From contig JAUIJC010000027.1 of assembly GCA_030431525.1 (NCBI GenBank), forward strand, positions 4,132-68,131: a stretch of 64,000 bases of DNA, in the 5' to 3' direction. Below the pieces are notes generated by a model, which was given only the letters and a program-made list of their open reading frames with translations, made no database searches and was not told the origin of the DNA. Made by a program: the position numbers and the translations under genes. The stretch is from Bacteroidia bacterium (lineage in GTDB: Bacteria; Bacteroidota; Bacteroidia; Cytophagales; JAAEPT01). The first letter of the stretch is position 1, and every line of letters starts with the position of its first letter. Positions 38,555 to 47,497 of the stretch are shown one piece after another.

Positions 38555-40786
38555 CTAACCCTGCTTTGTCAACTTGTTGCGCTCTTCCAAAAGTTGTCCC
38601 ACCGCCTTAGCGATGTCCTTTGGATTTTTGAGTAACTCATTGAGCTGGGCAATCAATTCCTCATTCTTGGTCACCATGGCCTCAGCCACATCAGCAGTAA
38701 CCGCCTCTATTCGACGAACACCAGCAGCAACAGATGACTCCGAGGTGATTTTGAACAAGCCAATCTCACCAGTGGCCTTCACGTGGGTACCACCACAAAG
38801 CTCACGAGAGTAATTCGGATCAAAGGTAATCATGCGAACATTCTCACCGTATTTTTCACCGAAAAGAGCTGTTGCACCAGCGTCCATGGCTTCCTTAATT
38901 GGAATGCTACGGCGCTCCTCCAATGGAATGTTCTGACGAATTTTCTCATTCACCAATTTCTCCAACTGAGCGATTTCTTCCTCAGTTACTTTTGAGAAGT
39001 GAGAGAAGTCAAAACGCAAAAGCTTGTCGTTCACCAAAGAACCTTTCTGAGCACAGTGGTCACCCAATACCTCACGCAAAGCTGCTTGCAACAAGTGCGT
39101 CGCTGTGTGGTTGTTAGCTGACAACTGACGTTTTTTGCCACTCACTACAGCCTTGAAGGTAGCCTCCAAGTCCGCAGGCAGTTTCGCCAAGAAATGAATA
39201 ATCAAGTCATTCTCTTTCTTGGTATCCACCACGGAGTATTTTTCCCCATTGGCTTCCAAATAACCAGTGTCTCCAACCTGACCACCACCTTCTGGATAGA
39301 AAGGTGTGCGGTTCAATACCACTTGGTAAACCGTTTTCTTTTTCTCCTTAACCTCGCGGTATTTCACGATTTGAGCCGAAGACTCCAATTCGTCATAACC
39401 AACGAATGTCACTTCCTCACCACCATGAACGGAAATCCAGTCACCAGCCTCAGAAGTTTGAGCGGCACGGGAACGCTCCTTTTGAGCGGACATTTCCTGC
39501 TCAAAACCTTTCTCGTCGATGGAAAGACCATTCTCACGAGCGATCAACGCTGTCAAATCGACAGGGAAACCGAAGGTGTCATACAATTCAAAGACTTGCT
39601 TGCCTGAAATCGTATCCCCTTTCAAATCTTTTTGGATTGCCTCCAAACGGGCAATACCAGTAGTCAAAGTCTTCAAGAAAGCGTTCTCCTCTTCCTCAAC
39701 AACTTTTGTAATAAAGTCTTGCTGTGCTTTTGCCTCTGGGAAAACCTCAGCAAACTGCTCAGCCAACAACGCCACCAAATCCTTGATGAATGGCTTCTCG
39801 AATTTGAGGAAGGTATATCCGTAACGGACAGCACGGCGAAGGATTCGGCGAATCACATAACCGGCGCCGTTGTTCGACGGCAACTGGCCATCAGCAATAG
39901 CGAAGGAAATTGCACGGCTGTGGTCGGCAATCACACGTAGTGCGATGTCTACCTTTTCGTCGTCGCCGTATTTCACTCCAGCCTTCTCCGCAATTGAAGT
40001 AATCAATGGCTGGAAAACGTCTGTATCGTAGTTGGACTGTTTGCCCTGCATCGCCATGCAAAGACGCTCGAAGCCCATTCCTGTATCAATGTGTGTAGCA
40101 GGCAATGACTCCAAAGAACCATCCGCCTTGCGGTTGAACTGGATAAATACCAAGTTCCAGATTTCCACCACTTGTGGGTGATCCTCATTCACCAAGCCTT
40201 TACCTCCTTCTTTGGCAATTTCCTCCTCGGAACGAAGGTCGATATGGATTTCAGAACAAGGTCCGCATGGTCCTTGGTCACCCATTTCCCAGAAGTTGTC
40301 CTTCTTGGAAGCCAAGATGATGCGGTCCTCATCAATCCACTCCTTCCAGAAATCCAAGGCTTCCTTGTCGGCCTCCAATCCGTCGCCAGCATCACCCTCG
40401 AAAACCGTAACATAAAGACGGTCTTTCGGAAGTTGGTACACATCCGTCAAAAGCTCCCATGCCCAAGCAATCGCCTCTTTTTTGAAATAATCGCCAAAAG
40501 ACCAGTTGCCCAACATCTCGAACATGGTATGGTGATAGGTGTCCATCCCCACCTCTTCGAGGTCGTTGTGCTTACCAGAAACGCGCAGACATTTTTGGGT
40601 GTCGGCAACACGCGGGGCCTTGGCCTCCTTGTTTCCCAAAAAGATGTCCTTAAACTGGTTCATGCCAGCATTGGTGAACATCAAGGTTGGGTCGTCCTTC
40701 ACCACCATCGGAGCGGAAGGAACAATTTTGTGTTGCTTGGACTCGAAGAACTCGAGAAACTTCTTTCTGATTTCAGCGGATTTCAT
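38555..40786 (-). CDS. alaS: Alanine--tRNA ligase, catalytic, tRNA-binding and editing domains, ending at an in-frame TAG
   Basis: [47 protein letters not shown]..., the editing-domain motifs HTATHLL and CGGTHV. It stops ~120 codons short of a normal AlaRS. Confidence 0.9.
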   Translation of the reverse strand: MKSAEIRKKFLEFFESKQHKIVPSAPMVVKDDPTLMFTNAGMNQFKDIFLGNKEAKAPRVADTQKCLRVSGKHNDLEEVGMDTYHHTMFEMLGNWSFGDYFKKEAIAWAWELLTDVYQLPKDRLYVTVFEGDAGDGLEADKEALDFWKEWIDEDRIILASKKDNFWEMGDQGPCGPCSEIHIDLRSEEEIAKEGGKGLVNEDHPQVVEIWNLVFIQFNRKADGSLESLPATHIDTGMGFERLCMAMQGKQSNYDTDVFQPLITSIAEKAGVKYGDDEKVDIALRVIADHSRAISFAIADGQLPSNNGAGYVIRRILRRAVRYGYTFLKFEKPFIKDLVALLAEQFAEVFPEAKAQQDFITKVVEEEENAFLKTLTTGIARLEAIQKDLKGDTISGKQVFELYDTFGFPVDLTALIARENGLSIDEKGFEQEMSAQKERSRAAQTSEAGDWISVHGGEEVTFVGYDELESSAQIVKYREVKEKKKTVYQVVLNRTPFYPEGGGQVGDTGYLEANGEKYSVVDTKKENDLIIHFLAKLPADLEATFKAVVSGKKRQLSANNHTATHLLQAALREVLGDHCAQKGSLVNDKLLRFDFSHFSKVTEEEIAQLEKLVNEKIRQNIPLEERRSIPIKEAMDAGATALFGEKYGENVRMITFDPNYSRELCGGTHVKATGEIGLFKITSESSVAAGVRRIEAVTADVAEAMVTKNEELIAQLNELLKNPKDIAKAVGQLLEERNKLTKQG

Positions 40787-40814
40787 ACGTATCAAAAACA
40801 GAGGCGAATCGTGG

Positions 40815-40904
40815 ATTGAGACATTAGAATTAAGACATTAGAGGTTAGCCCAAATTCACTGACTGAAAGTCATGCGCTAAGACCTAATAACTAAAGTCTC
40901 CTCT
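40815..40904. repeat. Inverted pair of tandem heptamer arrays (NNNTTAG / CTAANNN)
   Basis: The left arm (40815-40849) is ATTGAGA CATTAGA ATTAAGA CATTAGA GGTTAGC. The right arm (40877-40904) is CTAAGAC CTAATAA CTAAAGT CTCCTCT. Confidence 0.8.
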
Positions 40905-40977
40905 CCATAAAGGCCGATATTTCCTATCTTGCCCACGTTTTATAACATGGGATGCTTTAAAGCCGTTAAAGAATCGG

Positions 40978-40985
40978 CAAATTTA
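40978..40985 (-). promoter_or_regulatory. Candidate -7 box (TAAATTTG) upstream of alaS
   Basis: The + strand reads CAAATTTA. It would place the heptamer hairpin 40815-40904 in the alaS 5' leader. Confidence 0.3.
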
Positions 40986-41076
40986 GCATAATTAGAGTAC
41001 AAAGCACGGGGAAAACTACAAAGGCAAAAGCCATGTGAACCTCACCTCTGCTTGGAACCCCTATTTCTTTGGCGTT

Positions 41077-42051
41077 ATGTCAAAAATTAAATACTACTAC
41101 GACACCGAAAAATGTAAGTACGAGCGGATAAGAACCAAGCCGCGGGACATCCTACTCAATATTTTCGGCTTTCTTTCTTTGGCTTTTCTCATGGCCTTGG
41201 CCCTTCTGTTCACCTACAGAAGGCTGTTGAATTTACCCGATCCTGAACTGGCGCAATTGCGTTATGAAAATTCTGAGCTCAAGAGCGAAATCAATTCTAC
41301 CAATAAAGATGTGGTAGTTTTGAAGACCATGCTCAAGGATTTGCAGAACAGGGACGAAGGCATTTACCGCATGGTAACGGGAGCACCGTCCATGCCTGAT
41401 TTCGTGCGGAATCCTAATGTCACCAGCGATTTTGATGACCCGAACATGAGTGGAGATGTGGTAACACGCGTTCGCTTGCTCAAGGGTGAGGTCGAAGGCC
41501 TCTATCGCGCGACCTACAACCAGACAAAATCTTACGACGAAATCATCAAGCTGGCGAAAAACAAGGAAGAGCTTCTTTCTCATATGCCTGCCATCCAACC
41601 GATCGAAAACCAAAACCTCAAACGTCTGGCTTCAGGTTTTGGCTATCGTATCCACCCCATCCTAAAAATCAGGAAACTTCATACGGGACTTGATTTCTCG
41701 GCCGAAAAAGGCACTCCAATTCGAGCTGCTGGAGATGGCGTAGTCCGTAAAGTAAAAACCAACTACGGTGGTTACGGCAAGGAAGTGGAAATCGACCACG
41801 GCTATGGCTATGTCACCAAATACGCACACATGCAGAACTTTAACGTGAAGTATGGACAACGTGTGAAACGTGGTGATATCATTGGATATGTCGGAAACAC
41901 TGGATCCTCCACAGCTCCTCACCTCCATTATGAGGTGATTAGAAATGGCAAAAAGGTCAATCCCGTCCACTACATCCAAAAAGGTCTGACCGAAGAGGAA
42001 TACGAAGAAATCCTTCGTTTGTCTACCATCGAAAACCAATCGCTTGGATAA
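41077..42051 (+). CDS. M23 family metallopeptidase (LytM-like)
   Basis: The start was moved to ATG 41077. It has an N-terminal TM and coiled coil, then HTGLDFSAEKGTPIRAAGDGVV and GNTGSSTAPHLHYEV. Confidence 0.9.
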   Translation: MSKIKYYYDTEKCKYERIRTKPRDILLNIFGFLSLAFLMALALLFTYRRLLNLPDPELAQLRYENSELKSEINSTNKDVVVLKTMLKDLQNRDEGIYRMVTGAPSMPDFVRNPNVTSDFDDPNMSGDVVTRVRLLKGEVEGLYRATYNQTKSYDEIIKLAKNKEELLSHMPAIQPIENQNLKRLASGFGYRIHPILKIRKLHTGLDFSAEKGTPIRAAGDGVVRKVKTNYGGYGKEVEIDHGYGYVTKYAHMQNFNVKYGQRVKRGDIIGYVGNTGSSTAPHLHYEVIRNGKKVNPVHYIQKGLTEEEYEEILRLSTIENQSLG

Positions 42052-42108
42052 GGATTGGGTAGCAAGATCTTTAAGAGACCTGCTATTTGACACCCCAATA
42101 TTGTCAAC

Positions 42109-42161
42109 TTAAGAGTAGGGCTATACGCCCCACTCTGACATATTTCGCCCTTACAGGGCTC
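42109..42161. repeat. Second copy of the D+A element
   Basis: aagagtagggctatacgccccactctgacatatttcgcccttacagggct. Confidence 0.8.
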
Positions 42162-42249
42162 TTATGGATGGGCTACAGACATCACCCTATGTCTAAATCA
42201 ATGATTGAATTCTTTATGTTGACAACATTGAATGATACCCTTTCCCTGT

Positions 42250-42283
42250 GTTAACTGCTCACCGTTAACTGTTAACTGAAAAA
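42250..42283 (+). repeat. Tandem heptamer array (unit GTTAACT) ending at the cysM ATG
   Basis: GTTAACT GCTCACC GTTAACT GTTAACT GAAAAA|ATG. Confidence 0.8.
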
Positions 42284-43162
42284 ATGTCTGTCTTAGATTT
42301 AGTTGGAAATACCCCCCTCGTTGAGCTTCGTCATTTAAACCCGAACCCCAACGTAAAGATTTACGCCAAATTGGAAGGTCAAAATCCTGGTGGAAGTGTG
42401 AAAGACCGCGCCGCTTACAACATGATTAAGTGCGCTATTGATCGAGGTGAACTAAAACCTGGTATGAAGTTGATTGAAGCGACAAGCGGAAATACAGGAA
42501 TCGCCTTGGCCATGATTGCTCGCCTATTCGATATTGAAATTGAATTGGTGATGCCTGAAAATTCTACACGTGAGCGTGTATTGACCATGGAGGCCTTTGG
42601 CGCAAAAGTCATCTTGACTCCTGCTGAAGGATCCATGGAGGCAGCCATTGATTTCGCTCATGAGCAAGTTGCTAAAGGAGGTTACCTGATGCTAAACCAG
42701 TTCGCCAATCCAGACAACTACATGGCCCATTACCACTCCACTGGTCCTGAAATTTGGAGAGATACCAACCATGAAATCACCCATTTTGTGTCGGCCATGG
42801 GCACCACGGGAACAATCATGGGAACGTCCAAATACCTTAAAGAACAGGATGAATCGGTAAGAATTATCGGTTGCCAACCAACCGATGGCTCACGGATTCC
42901 TGGCATTCGCCGTTGGCCAAAAGAATATCTCCCTAAAATTTTCGACCCGAGTCGTGTTGATGAGGTCTTGGACATCGACGAAGCTGATGCACGAATAATG
43001 GCCAAGGCACTCGCCAAAAAGGAAGGAATCTTTTCTGGCATGAGTAGCGGTGGCGCAGCCCATGCAGCCATTGAGGTAGCCAAAACCCTAGACAAAGGTG
43101 TTATTGTCTTCATCGTTTGCGACCGAGGCGACCGATACCTTTCCTCAGACCTTTTTGACTAA
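42284..43162 (+). CDS. cysM: Cysteine synthase B (O-acetylserine sulfhydrylase)
   Basis: 292 aa, collinear with E. coli CysM as I remember it: GNTPLVEL...LEGQNPGGSVKDRAA...EATSGNTGIALA...IPGIRRWP.EYLP.IF...CDRGDRYLS. Confidence 0.9.
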   Translation: MSVLDLVGNTPLVELRHLNPNPNVKIYAKLEGQNPGGSVKDRAAYNMIKCAIDRGELKPGMKLIEATSGNTGIALAMIARLFDIEIELVMPENSTRERVLTMEAFGAKVILTPAEGSMEAAIDFAHEQVAKGGYLMLNQFANPDNYMAHYHSTGPEIWRDTNHEITHFVSAMGTTGTIMGTSKYLKEQDESVRIIGCQPTDGSRIPGIRRWPKEYLPKIFDPSRVDEVLDIDEADARIMAKALAKKEGIFSGMSSGGAAHAAIEVAKTLDKGVIVFIVCDRGDRYLSSDLFD

Positions 43163-43172
43163 GACTTTTTCA

Positions 43173-43208
43173 TCAGCGGGTCAGCTTTTCAAAATGCTGA
43201 CCCGCTGA
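43173..43208 (+). terminator. 13-bp perfect hairpin after cysM (no clear U-tract)
   Basis: tcagcgggtcagc-ttttcaaaat-gctgacccgctga. Confidence 0.5.
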
Positions 43209-43268
43209 GAAATTATACGCCATTCCCAATTTTTTCGTTGAAGGGATTACCACCCTTCCAACAATGGA

Positions 43269-44738
43269 ATGAGCAAATATAAAACCCTGATATTAGCCAC
43301 AGCGGTCGCCTCTCTTGGCGGTTTCCTCTTTGGCTATGACACTGGGGTCATTAACGGCACCCAGCTGTATTTCACTGAATACTTCGAACTTAATCCTACA
43401 GAACACGGATGGGCTGTTAGTAGCGCCCTTCTGGGTTGCTTAATTGGGGCCCTGAGTGCAGGTTATTTCAGCCAAAAACTTGGACGGAAAGTTTCATTGG
43501 TCATTTCGGCCCTGTTGTTCACCCTCTCAGCCCTTGGGTCAGGTGCAGCAACTTCCCTTACCTTTCTTTCTATCTCGCGAATAATTGGCGGTATCGGTGT
43601 GGGTATAGCCTCCCTAACCGCGCCAATGTACATCGCGGAGCTGTCCCCTTCATCCAAACGAGGACAAATGGTTTCCTTCTACCAATTGGCAATTGTCGTA
43701 GGTATCCTCATAGTCTTCTTGGCCACCTATTTCATCGGTGGCGGAGTTTCAAGCAACATCATGGAAGGCAGTGATGTCCACACCTACAATGTGGAAAAAG
43801 GCTGGCGGATGATGTTCTGGTCTGAGTTGATTCCCTGTTTAATGTTCCTTGCCTTGCTGATTCCTGTCCCTAAAAGCCCACGTTGGCTGGTCATGAAAGA
43901 TAGAGGTAAAGAGGCCTTGGAAATCCTTCTGCGGATTGTTCCAGATAAGAAAGAAGCCCATGAAGAGTTCTTGGAAATCAAAAAATCTATTGCCTCTGAA
44001 TTGAGCCAAACCTCCACTTCCATCTGGAGCAAAGGCATGCCCTTCATCGTCTTTATCGGTGTAATGCTATCCATTTTCCAACAGGTCACCGGTATCAATG
44101 CAATCCTCTATTACGGTTCTGAAATCTTCAACAAAGCCTTAGGATATGGACCAGAGGATGCCCTGAAACAGCAAATCCTATTGGGTACCGTGAACTTGAT
44201 ATTCACTTTTGTTGCCATCCTCACCGTGGATAAATGGGGACGAAAACCTTTGCTTATCGTCGGTACGCTGGGGATGACTTTGGGCATCGGCATCATGGGT
44301 TGGACGATTTATACGAACAACCTTGGCGTGCTTTCCCTTGTTGGCCTGTTGGGCTTTATCGCCTCTTTCGCCATGTCTATGGGACCGATTGTTTGGGTAA
44401 TGCTTTCCGAGATTTTCCCGAACCGCATCAGGAGTACAGCCATGGCTATTGCCGTAGGTGCCCAATGGTTGGCCAACATGGTTGTACAATGGCTGTTCCC
44501 AATCGTGAACGAAGGTCAAGTAAACCAAGAAGGATTCAATGGCGCCCTGCCCTATTTCCTCTTTGCGGGAATGGGTGTTCTGACCATCCTCTTTGTCTTG
44601 AAATTCATCCCTGAAACCAAAGGCTACAGCCTTGAGGAGATGGAGGAAATCTTTACGGGTAAAAAAATCGTATCAAAAGATTACAAACTTCCCCCTCCAC
44701 CGCAAGGGTCTGAAGCTTCTCATGATAAGGTTGCATAG
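43269..44738 (+). CDS. MFS sugar porter (XylE/GalP-type sugar:H+ symporter)
   Basis: GGFLFGYDTGVINGT, GRK, PKSPRWL and PETKG are the sugar-porter signatures. There are 12 predicted TMs. Confidence 0.9.
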   Translation: MSKYKTLILATAVASLGGFLFGYDTGVINGTQLYFTEYFELNPTEHGWAVSSALLGCLIGALSAGYFSQKLGRKVSLVISALLFTLSALGSGAATSLTFLSISRIIGGIGVGIASLTAPMYIAELSPSSKRGQMVSFYQLAIVVGILIVFLATYFIGGGVSSNIMEGSDVHTYNVEKGWRMMFWSELIPCLMFLALLIPVPKSPRWLVMKDRGKEALEILLRIVPDKKEAHEEFLEIKKSIASELSQTSTSIWSKGMPFIVFIGVMLSIFQQVTGINAILYYGSEIFNKALGYGPEDALKQQILLGTVNLIFTFVAILTVDKWGRKPLLIVGTLGMTLGIGIMGWTIYTNNLGVLSLVGLLGFIASFAMSMGPIVWVMLSEIFPNRIRSTAMAIAVGAQWLANMVVQWLFPIVNEGQVNQEGFNGALPYFLFAGMGVLTILFVLKFIPETKGYSLEEMEEIFTGKKIVSKDYKLPPPPQGSEASHDKVA

Positions 44739-44753
44739 ACCAAACCAATAAAA

Positions 44754-44798
44754 GAAGCACGCTGGAGCCCAACAAGGAGGCTTCAACGTGCTTTTTTT
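44754..44798 (+). terminator. Hairpin with a T7 run between the sugar porter and the porin gene
   Basis: agcacg...cgtgct with an inner ggagcc/ggcttc, then ttttttt directly followed by the porin ATG. Confidence 0.6.
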
Positions 44799-46238
44799 AT
44801 GAAAAGACTTTTCTTTCTTTTTTGCTCGTTTCTTCTTTTACAAGAAGCCTTTGCACAACAAACCTTTAAGACTGGGGATACCCTCATCACCTCAAATGAA
44901 AATACCGCCACTCTGGGCATCAACAAGTATGTTTCTCTGATTGGTTACGGCAGGATTGGCATAGGTACATCGCTTGAAGATGAACACACAGGGTTTTCAC
45001 TTAACCTTGAGGGACAAGGACGACTTGGTGGTAGATTCGAAGAGACAGATTACATTGAGCAGGGCGCCATCCTTAACCTGAACAACCTACTGAAATTGGA
45101 TACTCAGAAGCCTAAAATATCCCTTCAGTTTCGAGCCCAGATGTTTTCTGGTGACAATTCATTTATTGTCAATAACACGGTCATAAATATGGCCGAGGCA
45201 TTTATTCAGGTGGACAGCCTTTTTGATAGAGATGCCTCAGTTTGGCTGGGGCAACGTTTTTTCCGTGGACCAGACATCCAGATGGCCGACTATTTCAACT
45301 GGAACAACCTCACTGGCCAAGGCTTTGCATTTCGGTATAAACAAAGCACCTTGGCAATGATTGCCACCTTTCCATTTGCCCAAAGCGAAAACAACCCCTA
45401 CGGCGATAATTTTGACCCTTTACGAGAGCGCTACATCTTAAATTTTCAACAAGGCTATTACCTTGATACTGCCCAAAAACACTTGATGACAGGCCTGATG
45501 GAAGTCCACTCAGCGGACAACCTTCAAACTTCCACAAACTTTGAAATCCAAAACACGGGTTGGGTCTTCGGATTAAAACATGAATACACTGGCGAACGGG
45601 GCTTTTACAACGAAGCCACCATTCGCTACGGTACGGGCATCGCCAACGGCCCACGTGATGACGGCTGGAGTTCTCGAACCTTTATCACCCTTGGCTATCC
45701 TGATGTTAACGGGAAATTCAAAGGCGCTTTTAGTTGGCATATCACCGACCAAATAAAAATCCATTCTGGGAAACGCATGGATTGGCAAGCCTACTTTGTT
45801 TATCGTAATCAACGGGGAGCAAAAGACCCAGTCATCAGCCAAATTCAATTCCCTTATGCTGATAGCATCTTTCCTGTTCCAAACCGAAAATGGGACTTTA
45901 GCATTGGGGTAAGGCCAACTATCTTCCTCAATAAATACCTTCATTTAGTATTGGAAAGCCAGTTTCAAATGCGGGAATACATCATTCCACAACTGGACCC
46001 TTCTGGAAATGTCTTTTTCAACGACTTAGGAGTGGCCTCAATGACAAAATTCTCCATTGTTCCCACTTTTGTCCCATCGGCTCAAAAAGATGCTTTTGGT
46101 CGCCCACATATCAGGCTAATCTATTCCCTTGCCTTTTACAACCAAGTAGCCAAGGATAACAAGCTCTCAGAATACTTACAACAGAGTAATAACTTGCTTG
46201 GGCAGTACTTTGGGGTGAGGACGGAATGGTGGTTTTAG
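44799..46238 (+). CDS. Putative carbohydrate-selective outer-membrane porin (LamB/OprB-like)
   Basis: Signal peptide MKRLFFLFCSFLLLQEAFAQ, an aromatic-rich beta-strand pattern and the C-terminal ...FGVRTEWWF. It sits directly downstream of the sugar porter. Confidence 0.55.
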   Translation: MKRLFFLFCSFLLLQEAFAQQTFKTGDTLITSNENTATLGINKYVSLIGYGRIGIGTSLEDEHTGFSLNLEGQGRLGGRFEETDYIEQGAILNLNNLLKLDTQKPKISLQFRAQMFSGDNSFIVNNTVINMAEAFIQVDSLFDRDASVWLGQRFFRGPDIQMADYFNWNNLTGQGFAFRYKQSTLAMIATFPFAQSENNPYGDNFDPLRERYILNFQQGYYLDTAQKHLMTGLMEVHSADNLQTSTNFEIQNTGWVFGLKHEYTGERGFYNEATIRYGTGIANGPRDDGWSSRTFITLGYPDVNGKFKGAFSWHITDQIKIHSGKRMDWQAYFVYRNQRGAKDPVISQIQFPYADSIFPVPNRKWDFSIGVRPTIFLNKYLHLVLESQFQMREYIIPQLDPSGNVFFNDLGVASMTKFSIVPTFVPSAQKDAFGRPHIRLIYSLAFYNQVAKDNKLSEYLQQSNNLLGQYFGVRTEWWF

Positions 46239-46239
46239 A

Positions 46240-46267
46240 CAGTTAGCAGTTAGCAGTTAGCAGTTAG
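46240..46267 (+). repeat. Four perfect tandem copies of CAGTTAG, starting the base after the next one following the porin TAG
   Basis: tag a CAGTTAG CAGTTAG CAGTTAG CAGTTAG caag. Confidence 0.9.
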
Positions 46268-46307
46268 CAAGATAAAATGGGGAGCATTCTAATCAATCAT
46301 TTTTAGG

Positions 46308-46410
46308 CAAAGGACTAAAGTCCTTTGCTATGAAGAACCGCCCTTACAGGGCTAAATTGTGGTAGCCCTGTAAGGGCGGTTCTTCATAGCGATGGATAAA
46401 AATCCATCGA
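46308..46410 (+). repeat. Composite palindromic element B-[gaagaaccGCCCTTACAGGGC-loop-GCCCTGTAAGGGCggttcttc]-C
   Basis: caaaggactaaagtcctttg / 21-bp stem / cgatggataaaaatccatcg. It lies between the convergent porin and menA 3' ends. Confidence 0.85.
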
Positions 46411-46463
46411 CACCCAAAAAAATCAACAACACCAAAACCCCATCTACTACCTCCCTCACCTGC

Positions 46464-46498
46464 GTTAACTGCTAACTGATACCTGTTAACTGAAAACC
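46464..46498 (+). repeat. Tandem heptamer array (GTTAACT/GCTAACT), the inverted partner of 46240-46267. It overlaps the menA stop codon.
   Basis: GTTAACT GCTAACT GATACCT GTTAACT GAAAACC. I count 24/28 positions complementary to the CAGTTAG array. Confidence 0.85.
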
Positions 46499-47382
46499 TG
46501 CCCCAGTCCAAAGGTCAACACAAAAACCAAAGTTGAAAGCGCCATTTGCTTGAGGTACGGATCAAGCTCCATGGCTGTACGTTTCTTTTGGACGGAAACA
46601 CCGTTGTAAATCACAAACGGGAACGAAAGTACCACTAACCATTGCCAGAAACTTCCATCATTCAATAGCAAATAAGCAATGGCACTGACAATACCTGACA
46701 ACAGAATAATCCAGTGATAAACCCTTGCTTTGTCAGGTCCAAGTCGCACAGGAATGGAGCGTTTACCCGCCAATTTATCCGACTCGATATCACGGATATT
46801 ATTCACGTCCAGCACAGCCACAGAAAATAACCCGCAAGAAAGGGCTGGCAATACCATCGCCCATTCAAAACTTTGGGTATGCAGGAAATAAGAGCCCAAT
46901 ACGCCCACTAAGCCAAAAAACACCAACACGGACAAATCACCCAAACCCGCATAACCATAAGGATTCTTGCCTGCCGTGTATTTAATGGACGCCCAAATAC
47001 AAAGGAGTCCCAAAAGGAAAAACCCTCCAATCTTTGGCAAAGCCTCCAAGCCAAAGGCAATTAGCAACAAACCAACACCTGAAACCAAGGAGAGCACCAC
47101 AAACAACACCATTGCTTTCTTCATTGCCTGAGGCGTAATCAGTCCCTCCTGAACAGCCCTTGAAGGCCCTTCCCGATGGACGCTATCCGCACCATTCTGG
47201 GTGTCGCCATAATCATTAGCGAGGTTTGAGAGGATCTGAAGGAAGATGGTCGTCAAGGCGCTTAAGAGCAATATCTCCCAACGGAACTGCCCCACGCTTC
47301 CCGCCAAAAAGGCACCCATGCCGATACTCGCCAAGGCCAATGGAAGAGTGCGTAATCGAAAGGCTTTTATCCAGTGTTTCAT
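46486..47382 (-). CDS. menA: 1,4-dihydroxy-2-naphthoate polyprenyltransferase
   Basis: UbiA-family membrane protein with NDYGDTQNGAD and the second Asp-rich motif DVNNIRDIESD. Confidence 0.9.
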   Translation of the reverse strand: MKHWIKAFRLRTLPLALASIGMGAFLAGSVGQFRWEILLLSALTTIFLQILSNLANDYGDTQNGADSVHREGPSRAVQEGLITPQAMKKAMVLFVVLSLVSGVGLLLIAFGLEALPKIGGFFLLGLLCIWASIKYTAGKNPYGYAGLGDLSVLVFFGLVGVLGSYFLHTQSFEWAMVLPALSCGLFSVAVLDVNNIRDIESDKLAGKRSIPVRLGPDKARVYHWIILLSGIVSAIAYLLLNDGSFWQWLVVLSFPFVIYNGVSVQKKRTAMELDPYLKQMALSTLVFVLTFGLGQVFS

Positions 47383-47393
47383 TTATCTATTGG

Positions 47394-47454
47394 AGTTCAT
47401 CATCCTCAGACCTGACTGGTTTTGGAAACCTGTCAGGTCTGAGGATGATGAACT
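47394..47454 (-). promoter_or_regulatory. Very stable hairpin (23-bp perfect stem plus a 5-bp extension) 12 nt upstream of the menA start codon
   Basis: agttcatcatcctcagacctgac (47394-47416) pairs with gtcaggtctgaggatgatgaact (47432-47454). The loop itself pairs ggttt/aaacc. Confidence 0.6.
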
Positions 47455-47466
47455 TTCTTTTATCCC

Positions 47467-47497
47467 ACAAAAAAAGCGTAGCCAAATGACTACGCTC
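47467..47497 (-). terminator. Intrinsic terminator after T9SS paralogue A
   Basis: agcgtag-ccaaatgac-ctacgct with a T-run on the minus strand. Confidence 0.7.

Noticed and set aside
38555-38557. Idea that TAG is reassigned to a sense codon in this genome
   Set aside because: TAG terminates several well-defined genes in the window at positions consistent with family length (porin, hemY, FG-GAP protein), so a global reassignment is not supported.
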